Below are positions 11,140 through 20,033 of a stretch of 64,000 bases of DNA, piece by piece. The notes under the pieces are model-generated. The model made no database searches, had not been told where the DNA came from, and worked only from the letters and a program-made list of their open reading frames with translations. The stretch's first letter is position 1. The number at the start of each line of letters is the position of its first letter. This DNA is from Myxococcales bacterium (GTDB taxonomy: Bacteria > Myxococcota_A > UBA9042 > JABWCM01 > BTVJ01), in contig BTVJ01000026.1 of assembly GCA_045863395.1 (NCBI GenBank), forward strand, positions 1 to 64,000, given 5' to 3'. A program made the position numbers and the translations under genes.

Positions 11140-11840
11140 TCGGGCTGCCGTCGTCGGTGCGGATCTTCCTGGCGACGGAGCCCGTCGATCTTCGCAAGGG
11201 CTTCCACTCGTTGGCTGCTTTGGTGCGGCAGCATGGCGGTGAGCCGTTCAGCGGTCACCTCACCGTGTTTGTATCGCGGCGCAAGGACCGGGTGAAGATC
11301 CTGACGTGGTCTCGTGGGGGCTTCGTGCTCTGGTACAAGCGGCTCGAGCGGGGATGTGTCGCACTGCCGAAGCGCGACGCAGAGGACGGGAGCACGATCA
11401 CGCTCGACGCCGGGGAGCTGGCCTTGCTGCTCCATGGCGTCGACTTCCGCCAGGTGCGCCGCCCGGCACGCTGGGAGCCACGTCTCCACGAGCAACAACC
11501 ACTGCACCCGCCCAAGGGGCCGATGGGTGAGGCCATTCGATATGCCCTGAACCAGTGGAAGTACCTGACGCACTTCCTCGACGACCCCAAGGTCTCCCTG
11601 GATAACAACACCTCGGAGAGAAGTCTCCAGATCACCGCCCTCGGACGCGACAACTTCCGCTGGGTCGGACACGACGAGGCCGGCGAACATCTCGCCATCC
11701 TCCAGACCCTGGTCAGCACCTGCGTCTCCTACGGCGTCAACCCACATGCCCACCTCACCGACGTCCTCCTCCGTGTCACCACCCACCCGGCCTCCAAGCT
11801 CGACGAGCTGCTCCCGATGAACTGGCAGCCCCCTGGCTGA
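11136..11840 (+). pseudogene. tnpB: IS66 TnpB fused in frame to the C-terminal remnant of TnpC
   Basis: IFLATEPVDLRKGF...VFVSRRKDRVKILTW..GGFVLWYKRLERG, then PPKGPMGEAIRYALNQW...DNNTSERSL; most of the transposase is deleted. Confidence 0.88.
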
Positions 11841-12200
11841 GCCTCCGGAGCCTCGCGCCCCGCCGACCAGCGACCCCGCCACCACCGTACCTGCAGCATG
11901 CACGCCTCCGCGCTCACTGTAGCACGGCTGTGGATGTCCGCCCGACGGGGGAGCTCGGACGAGGCCTCGGTCATCGTTTCGGCCACCCGGGTCTGTGGAC
12001 CGAGCGGGCCGGCCTCCTGTGGGGGCCGCAAGGTCGACCGCCGGCCGGCCGAACGGCTCGTGCGCCCCTCGGTTCTGGCCAGGCATTGGACGAGACGATG
12101 ACCATGGCCTCGGACGATTACGAAGTTGTCGCGTCCGGGAGTGGTGACCTGAAAGTAGCGCACCGGCTCGAGCATCTCCGCGGAGTGGTGGTAGAGGTAT

Positions 12201-12569
12201 GTGAGCGTGTTTGTCGCCCTCCTCGACTTCCTCGGGCAGCGCCTCCCCCGGGTCGCCAACGACATCGGCCGCGAAGACGTCCCAAGCACCCACAAGCTCA
12301 CCGAGCGCGCTATCAAGGCATTCCAGCGCCACTACCGAAGATTGGCCGGCTTCGAGTCCATCGAGACCGCGCGAACCACGATGACCGTGCTCAGCTTCTT
12401 CTATCGGATGACACCCTGGCCGAACGCCATCGCCCCGGACGACTGCGGCAAGTGCCCCGTGGAGCGGGCCGGGTGGCAAGTCCGCGGCGTCCCCGTGGCC
12501 GACTCCCTCCGCGGCTTCACAAAACCGGAGGATCCCGGCGACCCTCACGGCGACTCGCCCAAAGCCTGA
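12201..12569 (+). pseudogene. C-terminal fragment of another transposase (family uncertain)
   Basis: PSTHKLTERAIKAFQRHYRRLAGFESIETAR...FFYRMTP...KCPVERAG resembles DDE transposase tails. Confidence 0.55.
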
Positions 12570-13201
12570 TCCGGCGACGCCGAACCGCGGCTCGACCCGA
12601 CCGGACCCTGACGCTGCGGAGCCCCGGCGCCGGGCCTCCTGCGTCGAACCGGGCACCCGCGCGCCCTGCGCTCCCGCGCCCTTGCACCCGTCCACCGCCT
12701 CGCGCCCCAACCGCCTCAGCCGGCGCCGCCCCCGGAGAGCAACGAGGCTCTTGCGAGGGGAGCTCGCGGAACGCTCTCTCACACGGAGAGGTCACTGGCG
12801 CCGAGAATCGGTTGACAGCGCATGGGGATGGGCGCACACTGCCATCGGGAAACACTTATGAGACATTCAATGTGTGACAGTGCCCTTCGAACCGCAGCCA
12901 GGACCCGGCAACAGCAGCCGGATGAGAGTTCGATGAGCGCCGAGACGGGCGCTGGCGTGCGACTGGATGCCCGATCACTGTTCCTCTGCGAGACATGGGA
13001 AGGTCTGGGGGATCGACCCCGCGAGAGTGGGACAACTCCGCGGCATGGCGCGACGAGCAGGTCCAACCTCGGTCTGCACGCCAGGAGCGGAGACCAGAGA
13101 CATGCGAGTCGTACCAAATGGTCAGTCGAAGCATCGTCGCCAGAGAGGTCTGCCGCGGAGGCGGTCCCCTCGACGTTATGTGGTTCGTGGTGTTCGTCTA
13201 A

Positions 13202-13360
13202 GGTCCCGTGGAGGAATAACCTGACCCACCGAGAGCGCCGAATCGCCCCGCTGGCGGTCTGCCGAGACCGCAGGCAGGGTGGGGCCCTTCCACGGTCTCG
13301 GCAGGCCGCCAGCGGGGATGCAGCGGCGCTCGAATGGACAGGTTATTCCTGTACGGGCCC
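13202..13360. mobile_element. 159-bp fully palindromic MITE-like element
   Basis: 22-bp TIR (19/22), inner 25-bp IR (24/25; 13246-13270 / 13293-13317), flanking TAA direct repeats. Confidence 0.8.
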
Positions 13361-13416
13361 TAAACACATCGGAGTGAGTTCGGCCCGCAGGTGCTATTTA
13401 CAGAGGAGTAATTGAG

Positions 13417-15527
13417 ATGAGGATGCAGTCCAGTGGCTCGACAGAGCCCCAACCCCCCCCCCGACCACCCGCCCCAGAGCATCTGGTTGCGCAGCGCAGC
13501 CGCCCTTCCGGCTTATCAGTGTAGCTGTTTCAGCGCTTCTCCTGTTTGACGTGTCGGTCACCGTTCGAGCCGATGGATTGATGAACCCTTCCAGTTCCCC
13601 AACCCTGGAGTGGGGTGAAGGTGTGGCAAGCGACGGAGGAGGGCTCTACTCGACCTTCGATTCCTCCAGCCTGATGGACGCTCCCCCAAAAGACGCATCC
13701 TACAATGCCTTTAAAGAGACACAGATTGAGATGGCAGGCATGGGTGAATCGCTCAATGTTCGAGTCTACGCGAAGCTTCTAGATACTCCACCCGACGAAG
13801 TCATTGGGGTCACACTTCTCCTGAAGGAAATTGACTTCGAGTGGGGTAGCTTCGCAGGGGCGGGAGCAGTTGCTCGACATGCTCTCGTCGCCTCGCGGAA
13901 AGCCCAGCTCCAGCCGAGCCAGTACTCTGTGATCAAGGAGCTCGTGAATATTGGTGCCATCGAAATTTCTCCGAACTGGCTCGTCAACCAGATTGACGTA
14001 CAGGTCCATGCGCTGGCTGCAATCGACCTGGCTGCAATCCCTGGAGTCGAAGGCACTCGCTTGAACGCCGATACGAACACCGGCCGAGCTTACGGAGGCA
14101 GCGAGTCGCAGGACGGAACATTGATTGCCCAGTTCTACGCCCAGAGCCTGGACGGCCGATACGGAGGTCGATCAAACAGCAGGATCCGAGTAGGTGTAAT
14201 TGAACCAGGGCCATTGGCGCGGTACCATGCAACCTGGGACTACTCGACAGGCACCGGCTCGCGTGTAACCCGCTACCGCGAGTGTACCGCCAGCGGGTGC
14301 ATTGACTCACCCAACAACGCAACCGTGTCTTCGCATGGGACCTGGGTGTCATGGGTGGCAACCGGTAGCATCGAGGCCGGACAGGATCCCGACTTCCCGG
14401 GAACCTATACAGTCGACCAACGCAACCGCAGTGGCCACCTCAAGGAGTCACTGCTGTACTACTATCAGGCAACCGAGAATTGTGCATCAGGGAAGCGGGC
14501 AATCGAGCAGGCGGTGCTCGACGGGATCGATGTCATCAACTTGTCGCTAGCGTGGGGCGGATCCGAGTCCAACTGCAACTCGGAATATGATTGCTCGGGA
14601 CTGAATGCCGCCATTGCCACGGCCCTAGACAGCGGAATTCTGACAGTGGCCTGTGGTGGGAACGCTCCCGACACGTCCGTCTGCCACGTTTGGTACCCTG
14701 GTCTCAGGACCGAAACTGTGGCCGTTGTTGCGCTTCTCAGCGATCCCTCGACGAGCCCGTATGACAGCCTCGGTCTACGCCCCGACGCTTCCGCGGGAGG
14801 GCTTCCGATCAGAACTTTCTTGGGTGCCGGCACGACGACACCAGCCATCGACTTGGCTGCTCCCGGCACATTCACAATGTATGCAACCGTGGCTCCACAC
14901 GCCAATGGCTCCAGCACGATTGGAGGATGCTCATTCGCGACGCCTGTCATCACTGCGTCTGCGGGCGCTCTTCGCAACGCGTTTGCAGTGATTGGCTGGT
15001 CCAACACCAACGCGAAGATGCTCATGGTGAATCTATTGCTGCTCGGCGACGGCTGGAGCGGAAGCGGAGTCCCGGGGTCGTATCCGCCAACTACAGTATC
15101 GAGCCGCAGTGGATTCGGCCGGGTCCGCGCGCACTGGCCAGACGACGAGAGCATGGCCGGCGATTGGGGCTGGGGCTGGCGTGCCTTCACGATCTACGAG
15201 GGGCAGACGGTAACGTGGAACGTGGGTACCTCGGGCCCTGAGAGCACCAGCATCACGGAGTGGAAGTGGGCTACGCTCTGGTTCGAGCCCGATCTGCAGA
15301 ACGTCGCCGACATCGACTTCGAGGTATGGGACATGTGCGCGCCAGGAGGCCCTGTCATGCTCCACGCTGACTGGTCGCTGAGCTTGCGCTCTCGGTTCAA
15401 CCTCCTCGGACCCAGCATTGGAGGGAAGTGTCTGCAAATGCGAGCATACGGCTACAGGGTTCCTGCACAAGGAAGAGTGATCTATAGTGCCGACTACTAC
15501 CATTCGGGCACTCCGTCTATGTACTAG
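13417..15527 (+). CDS. Secreted subtilisin-like S8 serine protease; start codon out of frame at a C10 tract (cassette 2, gene 1)
   Basis: VGVIEPG, SSHGTWV, VINLS, ACGGN, IDLAAPG, GCSFATP; the signal peptide FRLISVAVSALLLFDVSVTVRA has no in-frame start; GAGGAG + ATG 13417 joins it if the tract is C11 (703 aa). Confidence 0.8.
13453..13462 (+). repeat. C10 homopolymer
   Basis: Counted directly; lies between the ATG and the signal-peptide coding region. Confidence 0.95.
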
Positions 15528-15604
15528 TCTCGACTCGGTAACCCAGTGGAGAGGGACAGTTCAGGACGAGGTACGCGGCCTGGTGGTACCAGACAGGAGA
15601 AGTC

Positions 15605-16330
15605 ATGAAGAGTGTGAGGCATCTCGTGTTGACGGTGCTGGCATTGGTCGCCTGTGACGGCGCTCCGGAGTCCAGCTCCGCCGACAAGTCCGCAGTGGCG
15701 GACGGTTTGGACGCGGGCGCCACCGGCTGCGACGTGTGTGTGGCGGCTGAGACCCTGAACCCGACTCTCGGTCCGTGCGCGTCAGGTACGCTGCCAACCA
15801 CGGGAAGGTTGTACGACCAGGCTGCTGACTGCGTGTCGCCGGAGACCACCGTGCTGGCATGCTACCCCGATATAAGTCCCGACGCCTACGCTACGCAGGG
15901 CAGTGGCTGCTACGTGCACGAGCCAACGGGCGTTGCCTTCATCGCCGTCTGGGACGGTCCGGAACTCTCCGGGGAGTACCATCGCTGCGACGAGAAGTAT
16001 TGGCAGATCCGTGAGGCGGCCGCCGAGGCGGAGCCCTGCGTGGACGGTGCTCCCGCTCAAGCATGTGGGAGTCCCGACGGGGCCGGTGAGTGTGGTGCCG
16101 GCTGCACTCCGGTCTACGGCGCGCCGTGGAACGTGGGTGAGGGCTGCGCTCAGGGGAAGGTGGAGTTGGGCTGGTGTACCTATTTGTATAGCGACGCTCC
16201 TCCCCACTGGTGCGTGGTGGATGAAGCAACAGGTACTGTCTACCTAGGCGTCAACGGAGTGCCTCACGGCCACCGACAGTGCACGGAGGCGGAGCTACCG
16301 GCTGCCTCGGCGGTGCAGTGGTGTCCTTGA
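15605..16330 (+). CDS. Cys-rich lipoprotein with two internal repeats (cassette 2, gene 2)
   Basis: AGGAG SD; lipobox LVAC; CYVHEPTG..F / CVVDEATG..Y and HRC / RQC repeated. Confidence 0.8.
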   Translation: MKSVRHLVLTVLALVACDGAPESSSADKSAVADGLDAGATGCDVCVAAETLNPTLGPCASGTLPTTGRLYDQAADCVSPETTVLACYPDISPDAYATQGSGCYVHEPTGVAFIAVWDGPELSGEYHRCDEKYWQIREAAAEAEPCVDGAPAQACGSPDGAGECGAGCTPVYGAPWNVGEGCAQGKVELGWCTYLYSDAPPHWCVVDEATGTVYLGVNGVPHGHRQCTEAELPAASAVQWCP

Positions 16331-16415
16331 AGTTGCGCTGCATGCCCAGTGTCGCACCCCGTTGCACGCAAGCTGTCCGAGAACTCCGTAGTGAATCCCG
16401 GAACGGAACGTCGTC

Positions 16416-16557
16416 ATGATCGAGCCGAGGTCCGGGCTGTCGTTCCGTTGTTCCAGTGAGCGAGAGCCAGCGCGCTGAGAGGGTGGTGCCACCCGGGCTG
16501 TGGCGGGGGGCCGACAAGCGGCGACAACTTCGTCGACGACCCGGGGATGTCCACACG
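16416..16557. repeat. Direct repeat copy 2 of the dnaK leader/promoter
   Basis: Matches 9824-9966; the hexamers here read TGGACA and GAAGTT. Confidence 0.95.
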
Positions 16558-16563
16558 CCGATC

Positions 16564-16592
16564 TTGCGTCCCGTGGTGCCCCCGGCTATGGT
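16564..16592 (+). promoter_or_regulatory. Putative sigma70 promoter of the sulfatase-like gene
   Basis: TTGCGT-N17-TATGGT upstream of GGAG and ATG 16616. Confidence 0.5.
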
Positions 16593-16615
16593 GCCCCCCT
16601 TCCCGGAGCCGACCG

Positions 16616-18949
16616 ATGACGCCCGCGACGGACCGCACACCCTGGGTGCTCGCCAGCCTGCTCGGCGCCGTCGCCGCGGGGCTCGTGCTGGTGGTGCATG
16701 CGGTCGTGACGGGCGACGGGGCGCTCGACGTGCCGGGCGCCGGGGACACGGCCGCTGCCATCCTCTTCCTCTTCGGTACGACGTGGGCCGTCGCTCTGAC
16801 CTGGGGCCTGGCCGTGGGAGTGGTGACCGGGGCCGTCCACGCGACCTTGCATGGGTGGTGGCAAGGCTTCCGCGCCCGCCTCGCCGACCCCGAGCGCGAC
16901 GTCTCCACCGCCGCCGGCCTGCTCGCTGCGGCGCTGGCTGCAGCGGTCTGGATGGTGCTCTTCGTGCGCCTCTACGCGAGCCGCGACGAGGAGTTCCTCA
17001 TCAAGGTGGGCACGGCGTCCCGCTTCTTCGCCGTCGGGACGGCCGCGCTCCTCGCCGTCGCCGTGGCTGCCTGGTTCCCGGTCCACCGCCTGCTCCGGTG
17101 CGCCCTCGTCTGGCGCATCGACCGCCTCCGCTCCGCCGCGTGGCCCCTGACGCGGCGCCTCACGGTGGCTGCCCTGGCGTGCGCCGCGCTCGCCGTCGCC
17201 GCCGCCGTGTGGCTCATGGAGTCCAACGAGGAGTTGGCCAATGTGCGGCGCCTCCCGCTGTACCTCCTCACGTTGGCGCTGCTCCACGGGGTGGCGACCG
17301 CCGCCCTGCGCCGCCTCCACCTGCGCCACGGGTGGGCGCTCCTCGGGGCGCCTGTCATCGTCGTGATCCTCACCGTCCTGGGCATTGACCGGGTGCCCGC
17401 CGCCCACGAGGCCGCCGAGACGCGCTCCGACGTGCAGGCCATGCTCTTGCGCTTGCTCCGAGGCCCGCTGGACCTCGACGGGGACGGCTACGCGGCGCTG
17501 CTCGGGGGCGGCGACTGCGACGACTGGGACGCGGCGGTGGGGCCGCACGCCGGTGAGGTGGCGGGCAACGGCGTCGACGACGACTGCCAGGACGGGGACG
17601 CGGACCCGACGGCCGCCGCCGCGTGGGAGGCCGACCCGTCGCTGCTCGCCGAGGACGAGCCGCCGAGCGCCCCCGTCGACACGCCCAGGCCCATCCACGG
17701 GACCGACGCGCCCGCCGCCCCAGTCACCGCCGACGCGCCCGCGGGGCCCGGGACCGTCGAGGCCCCCACGCCCCGCCCGGACGCGCCCCCGCCCCTGCCG
17801 CGCAAGGGCCTGAACGTGCTCTTCATCGTCGTCGATACGCTGCGCGCCGACCATGTCGGCTTCTACGGCTACGAGCGGGACACGACCCCGGCCATCGACG
17901 CGCTGGCGCGCCAGTCGGTGGTGTTCCGCTACGCCTACGCCCAGGCCAACAACACGCCCCGGTCCATGCCGTCGCTCCTGACGTCGCGCTTCCCGAGCGC
18001 CATCCGGTGGGTGCGCCTCGACCGCAACTACCCCCAGCTCAAGGACGCCGAGCACACCGTCGGGGAGTCCCTGGCGGATGGGGGCTACCGGGTCGAGGCG
18101 GAGACGTCGCACTACTACTTCGTGCCCAAGCGCAGACTCGACCAGGGCTTCCACGAGTGGAGCAACCCCGGGGCGGGCACCATCGCTGAGGCCAACGAGG
18201 CGGTGACGGCGCCCAAGCTGCTGCCCCGGGCCATGGCGCGCCTGGAGAAGCTGTCACAGCGCGAGGAGCCCTGGTTCCTGTTCGTGCACTTCTTCGAGCC
18301 CCACGCCTCGTACATCCCGCACAAGCCCCCGGCGGACTTCGGGCGCACGCTGAAGGACCGCTATGACGGCGAGATCCGGTTCACCGACGACCACGTGGGC
18401 CAGCTCCTGGCGAAGCTGGACGCGCTGGGGCACCGGGAGGACACGCTCGTCATCCTGACCTCGGACCACGGGGAGGCCTTCCGCGAGAAGGGCTACTTCT
18501 TCCATGGCCACTCGGTCTACAACGTGGAGCTGCGGGTCCCGCTCGTCATGCGCCTGCCAGGCGTCGACCCGCGGGTCATCGACGAGCGGGTGGCGCTGCT
18601 CGACGTCGTCCCGACCATGCTGTCCGCCATCGGGCTGCCCATCGCCCCGACCATGCAAGGTGTGGACCTGGTCCCTACCATCCTGCACGGCGAGCGGCGC
18701 GGCCTGCCCATCTACGCGGAGCTGCTGCCCTACCCCAACTGGCCGGAGGACCAGCGCGCGTTGATCCTCGGCCACCACAAGGTGCTCTACACGAAGAAGG
18801 GCAACGTCTGGGAGCTCTACGACATCCAGGCCGACCCCTTCGAGAAGGAGAACCTGTTCCGCACCCACTCGAAGGCGCAGACCTACAAGAAGGCGCTGCT
18901 CGACTGGATGGCGCTCCACGCCCACCCGAAGGCCATGCGCGGGCCGTGA
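16616..18949 (+). CDS. Membrane-anchored sulfatase-like hydrolase/transferase (alkaline phosphatase superfamily) with a MopE-like motif
   Basis: Several N-terminal TM helices; DLDGDGY...DCDD...GNGVDDDC; NVLFIVVDTLRAD, NTPRS, HFFEPH, YDGEI, TSDHGE. Confidence 0.85.
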   Translation: MTPATDRTPWVLASLLGAVAAGLVLVVHAVVTGDGALDVPGAGDTAAAILFLFGTTWAVALTWGLAVGVVTGAVHATLHGWWQGFRARLADPERDVSTAAGLLAAALAAAVWMVLFVRLYASRDEEFLIKVGTASRFFAVGTAALLAVAVAAWFPVHRLLRCALVWRIDRLRSAAWPLTRRLTVAALACAALAVAAAVWLMESNEELANVRRLPLYLLTLALLHGVATAALRRLHLRHGWALLGAPVIVVILTVLGIDRVPAAHEAAETRSDVQAMLLRLLRGPLDLDGDGYAALLGGGDCDDWDAAVGPHAGEVAGNGVDDDCQDGDADPTAAAAWEADPSLLAEDEPPSAPVDTPRPIHGTDAPAAPVTADAPAGPGTVEAPTPRPDAPPPLPRKGLNVLFIVVDTLRADHVGFYGYERDTTPAIDALARQSVVFRYAYAQANNTPRSMPSLLTSRFPSAIRWVRLDRNYPQLKDAEHTVGESLADGGYRVEAETSHYYFVPKRRLDQGFHEWSNPGAGTIAEANEAVTAPKLLPRAMARLEKLSQREEPWFLFVHFFEPHASYIPHKPPADFGRTLKDRYDGEIRFTDDHVGQLLAKLDALGHREDTLVILTSDHGEAFREKGYFFHGHSVYNVELRVPLVMRLPGVDPRVIDERVALLDVVPTMLSAIGLPIAPTMQGVDLVPTILHGERRGLPIYAELLPYPNWPEDQRALILGHHKVLYTKKGNVWELYDIQADPFEKENLFRTHSKAQTYKKALLDWMALHAHPKAMRGP

Positions 18950-18956
18950 CGCCGCC

Positions 18957-19799
18957 TCACCGCGACCCGAGCAGGAAGGGCAGGAGCCACGGCGCATAGC
19001 GCTTGATGGCGCGGCGGGCCGCGATGTTCTCGGGGCCGCGCCCACCGGCCATCAGCACTCCGGCGACGAGGCGCGCCCGGTCCTCGGGGGGAGCCATGAC
19101 GCCCAACAGATCCGGCTCCACCTCGAGCTGCCCCGTGGCGTGGAACACGCCGCACGCGAGCCCCAGCGCAACTACCCAGAGGCGCGGGTCGCCGTCGTCG
19201 TCCGGGACGAGCTCCTCCGCCTGGTCGAAGAGGTCCAGCACGGTCTGGTCGGGGATGGCGTCGGGCTCGACGCCGAGGGGGTCATGCCAGAGCGCGAGCA
19301 TCCACGCCTCACGGGCCGCGTCCCGCTCGCCCGCCTGGTGGTGCGCCATGCCCAGGAGCAGGCGGGACTCCGTGTCGTCGGGGCGGGCGTGGATGGTGGC
19401 GGCCAGCGAACGCACGGCCTCGTTGGTCGCGCCGGCCTCGAGCCACAGGGAGCCCGCGGTGACGCCGTCCTGGGCGCCCCCCTCCCCGCGGGCGGTCTCC
19501 AGGGCCGCCGCCGCCCCCGCGAGGATCTTCGAGCGGAGCCACGGCTCCCCCTCGACGCCCTCCACGGCGGCGCACGCGAGCAGGTGCTCATAGGCGCCGA
19601 GCTTGCTGCGCTTGCGCGGGACCGCGGCCAGCGCCCTGGCCAGCGGCAGGACCCCCTCGTACAGCGCCCGACCCTCCAGGAGACGCACCGCGTCGGTGAA
19701 CCGCAGCTCGGCCATCAGGGCCCGCGCGGCCCGGTGCACCTCGGCGTCCGCCGAGAACAGGTCGAGCTGATCGGCTTGCCTCTGCCCCGGGTCCTCCAT
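18957..19799 (-). CDS. TPR-like hypothetical protein
   Basis: GGAGG SD; EAVRSLAATIHARPDDTESRLLLGMAHHQAGERDAAREAW..AL..DP TPR pattern. Confidence 0.65.
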   Translation of the reverse strand: MEDPGQRQADQLDLFSADAEVHRAARALMAELRFTDAVRLLEGRALYEGVLPLARALAAVPRKRSKLGAYEHLLACAAVEGVEGEPWLRSKILAGAAAALETARGEGGAQDGVTAGSLWLEAGATNEAVRSLAATIHARPDDTESRLLLGMAHHQAGERDAAREAWMLALWHDPLGVEPDAIPDQTVLDLFDQAEELVPDDDGDPRLWVVALGLACGVFHATGQLEVEPDLLGVMAPPEDRARLVAGVLMAGGRGPENIAARRAIKRYAPWLLPFLLGSR

Positions 19800-19871
19800 G
19801 GCACCACCTCCACGTCCATGGTAGCACGAGCGGAGCGCCGCCGTGCGCTGCTTGTCTCTGCGCGCTGCCGC

Positions 19872-19916
19872 TGACAAATTGGCGCGCGCGTCTCGACGAT
19901 CTGTGTCAAACTGGCG
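19872..19916 (+). promoter_or_regulatory. Paired putative activator-binding sites (TGHCA-N3-TGDC)
   Basis: TGACAAATTGGCG and TGTCAAACTGGCG, 32 bp apart, upstream of a sigma54 promoter. Confidence 0.5.
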
Positions 19917-19968
19917 CTGCTGGTCGGCGGCGCCCTCCAAGGTGCCGCAGATTCAAGCAGATCCGCCG

Positions 19969-19983
19969 TGGCACCCTTCTTGC
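19969..19983 (+). promoter_or_regulatory. Sigma54 -24/-12 promoter
   Basis: TGGCAC-CCTTC-TTGC, an exact consensus match. Confidence 0.8.
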
Positions 19984-20033
19984 GTCGGCAAGCGCGCCCC
20001 CCGACGCTCGGAGGGGCCACCGCGGAGGAAGGC

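Larger units (their letters stand above)
10696..12121 (+). mobile_element. Internally deleted IS66-family element (1426 bp)
   Basis: Left end GTAAGCGTCCG; right end CGGACGATTAC; 8-bp target duplication GAAGTTGT at 10688-10695 and 12122-12129. Confidence 0.9.

Noticed and set aside
10056..12782. 908-aa minus-strand ORF
   Set aside because: It crosses several independent IS/MITE junctions and is a mosaic of antisense frames
12570..13198. Short ORFs between the transposase fragment and the palindromic MITE
   Set aside because: No recognisable motifs or coding-like codon bias; treated as non-coding
13199..13363. Integron attC site
   Set aside because: Lacks RYYYAAC/GTTRRRY ends, has TIRs with a TAA duplication instead, and no integrase is present
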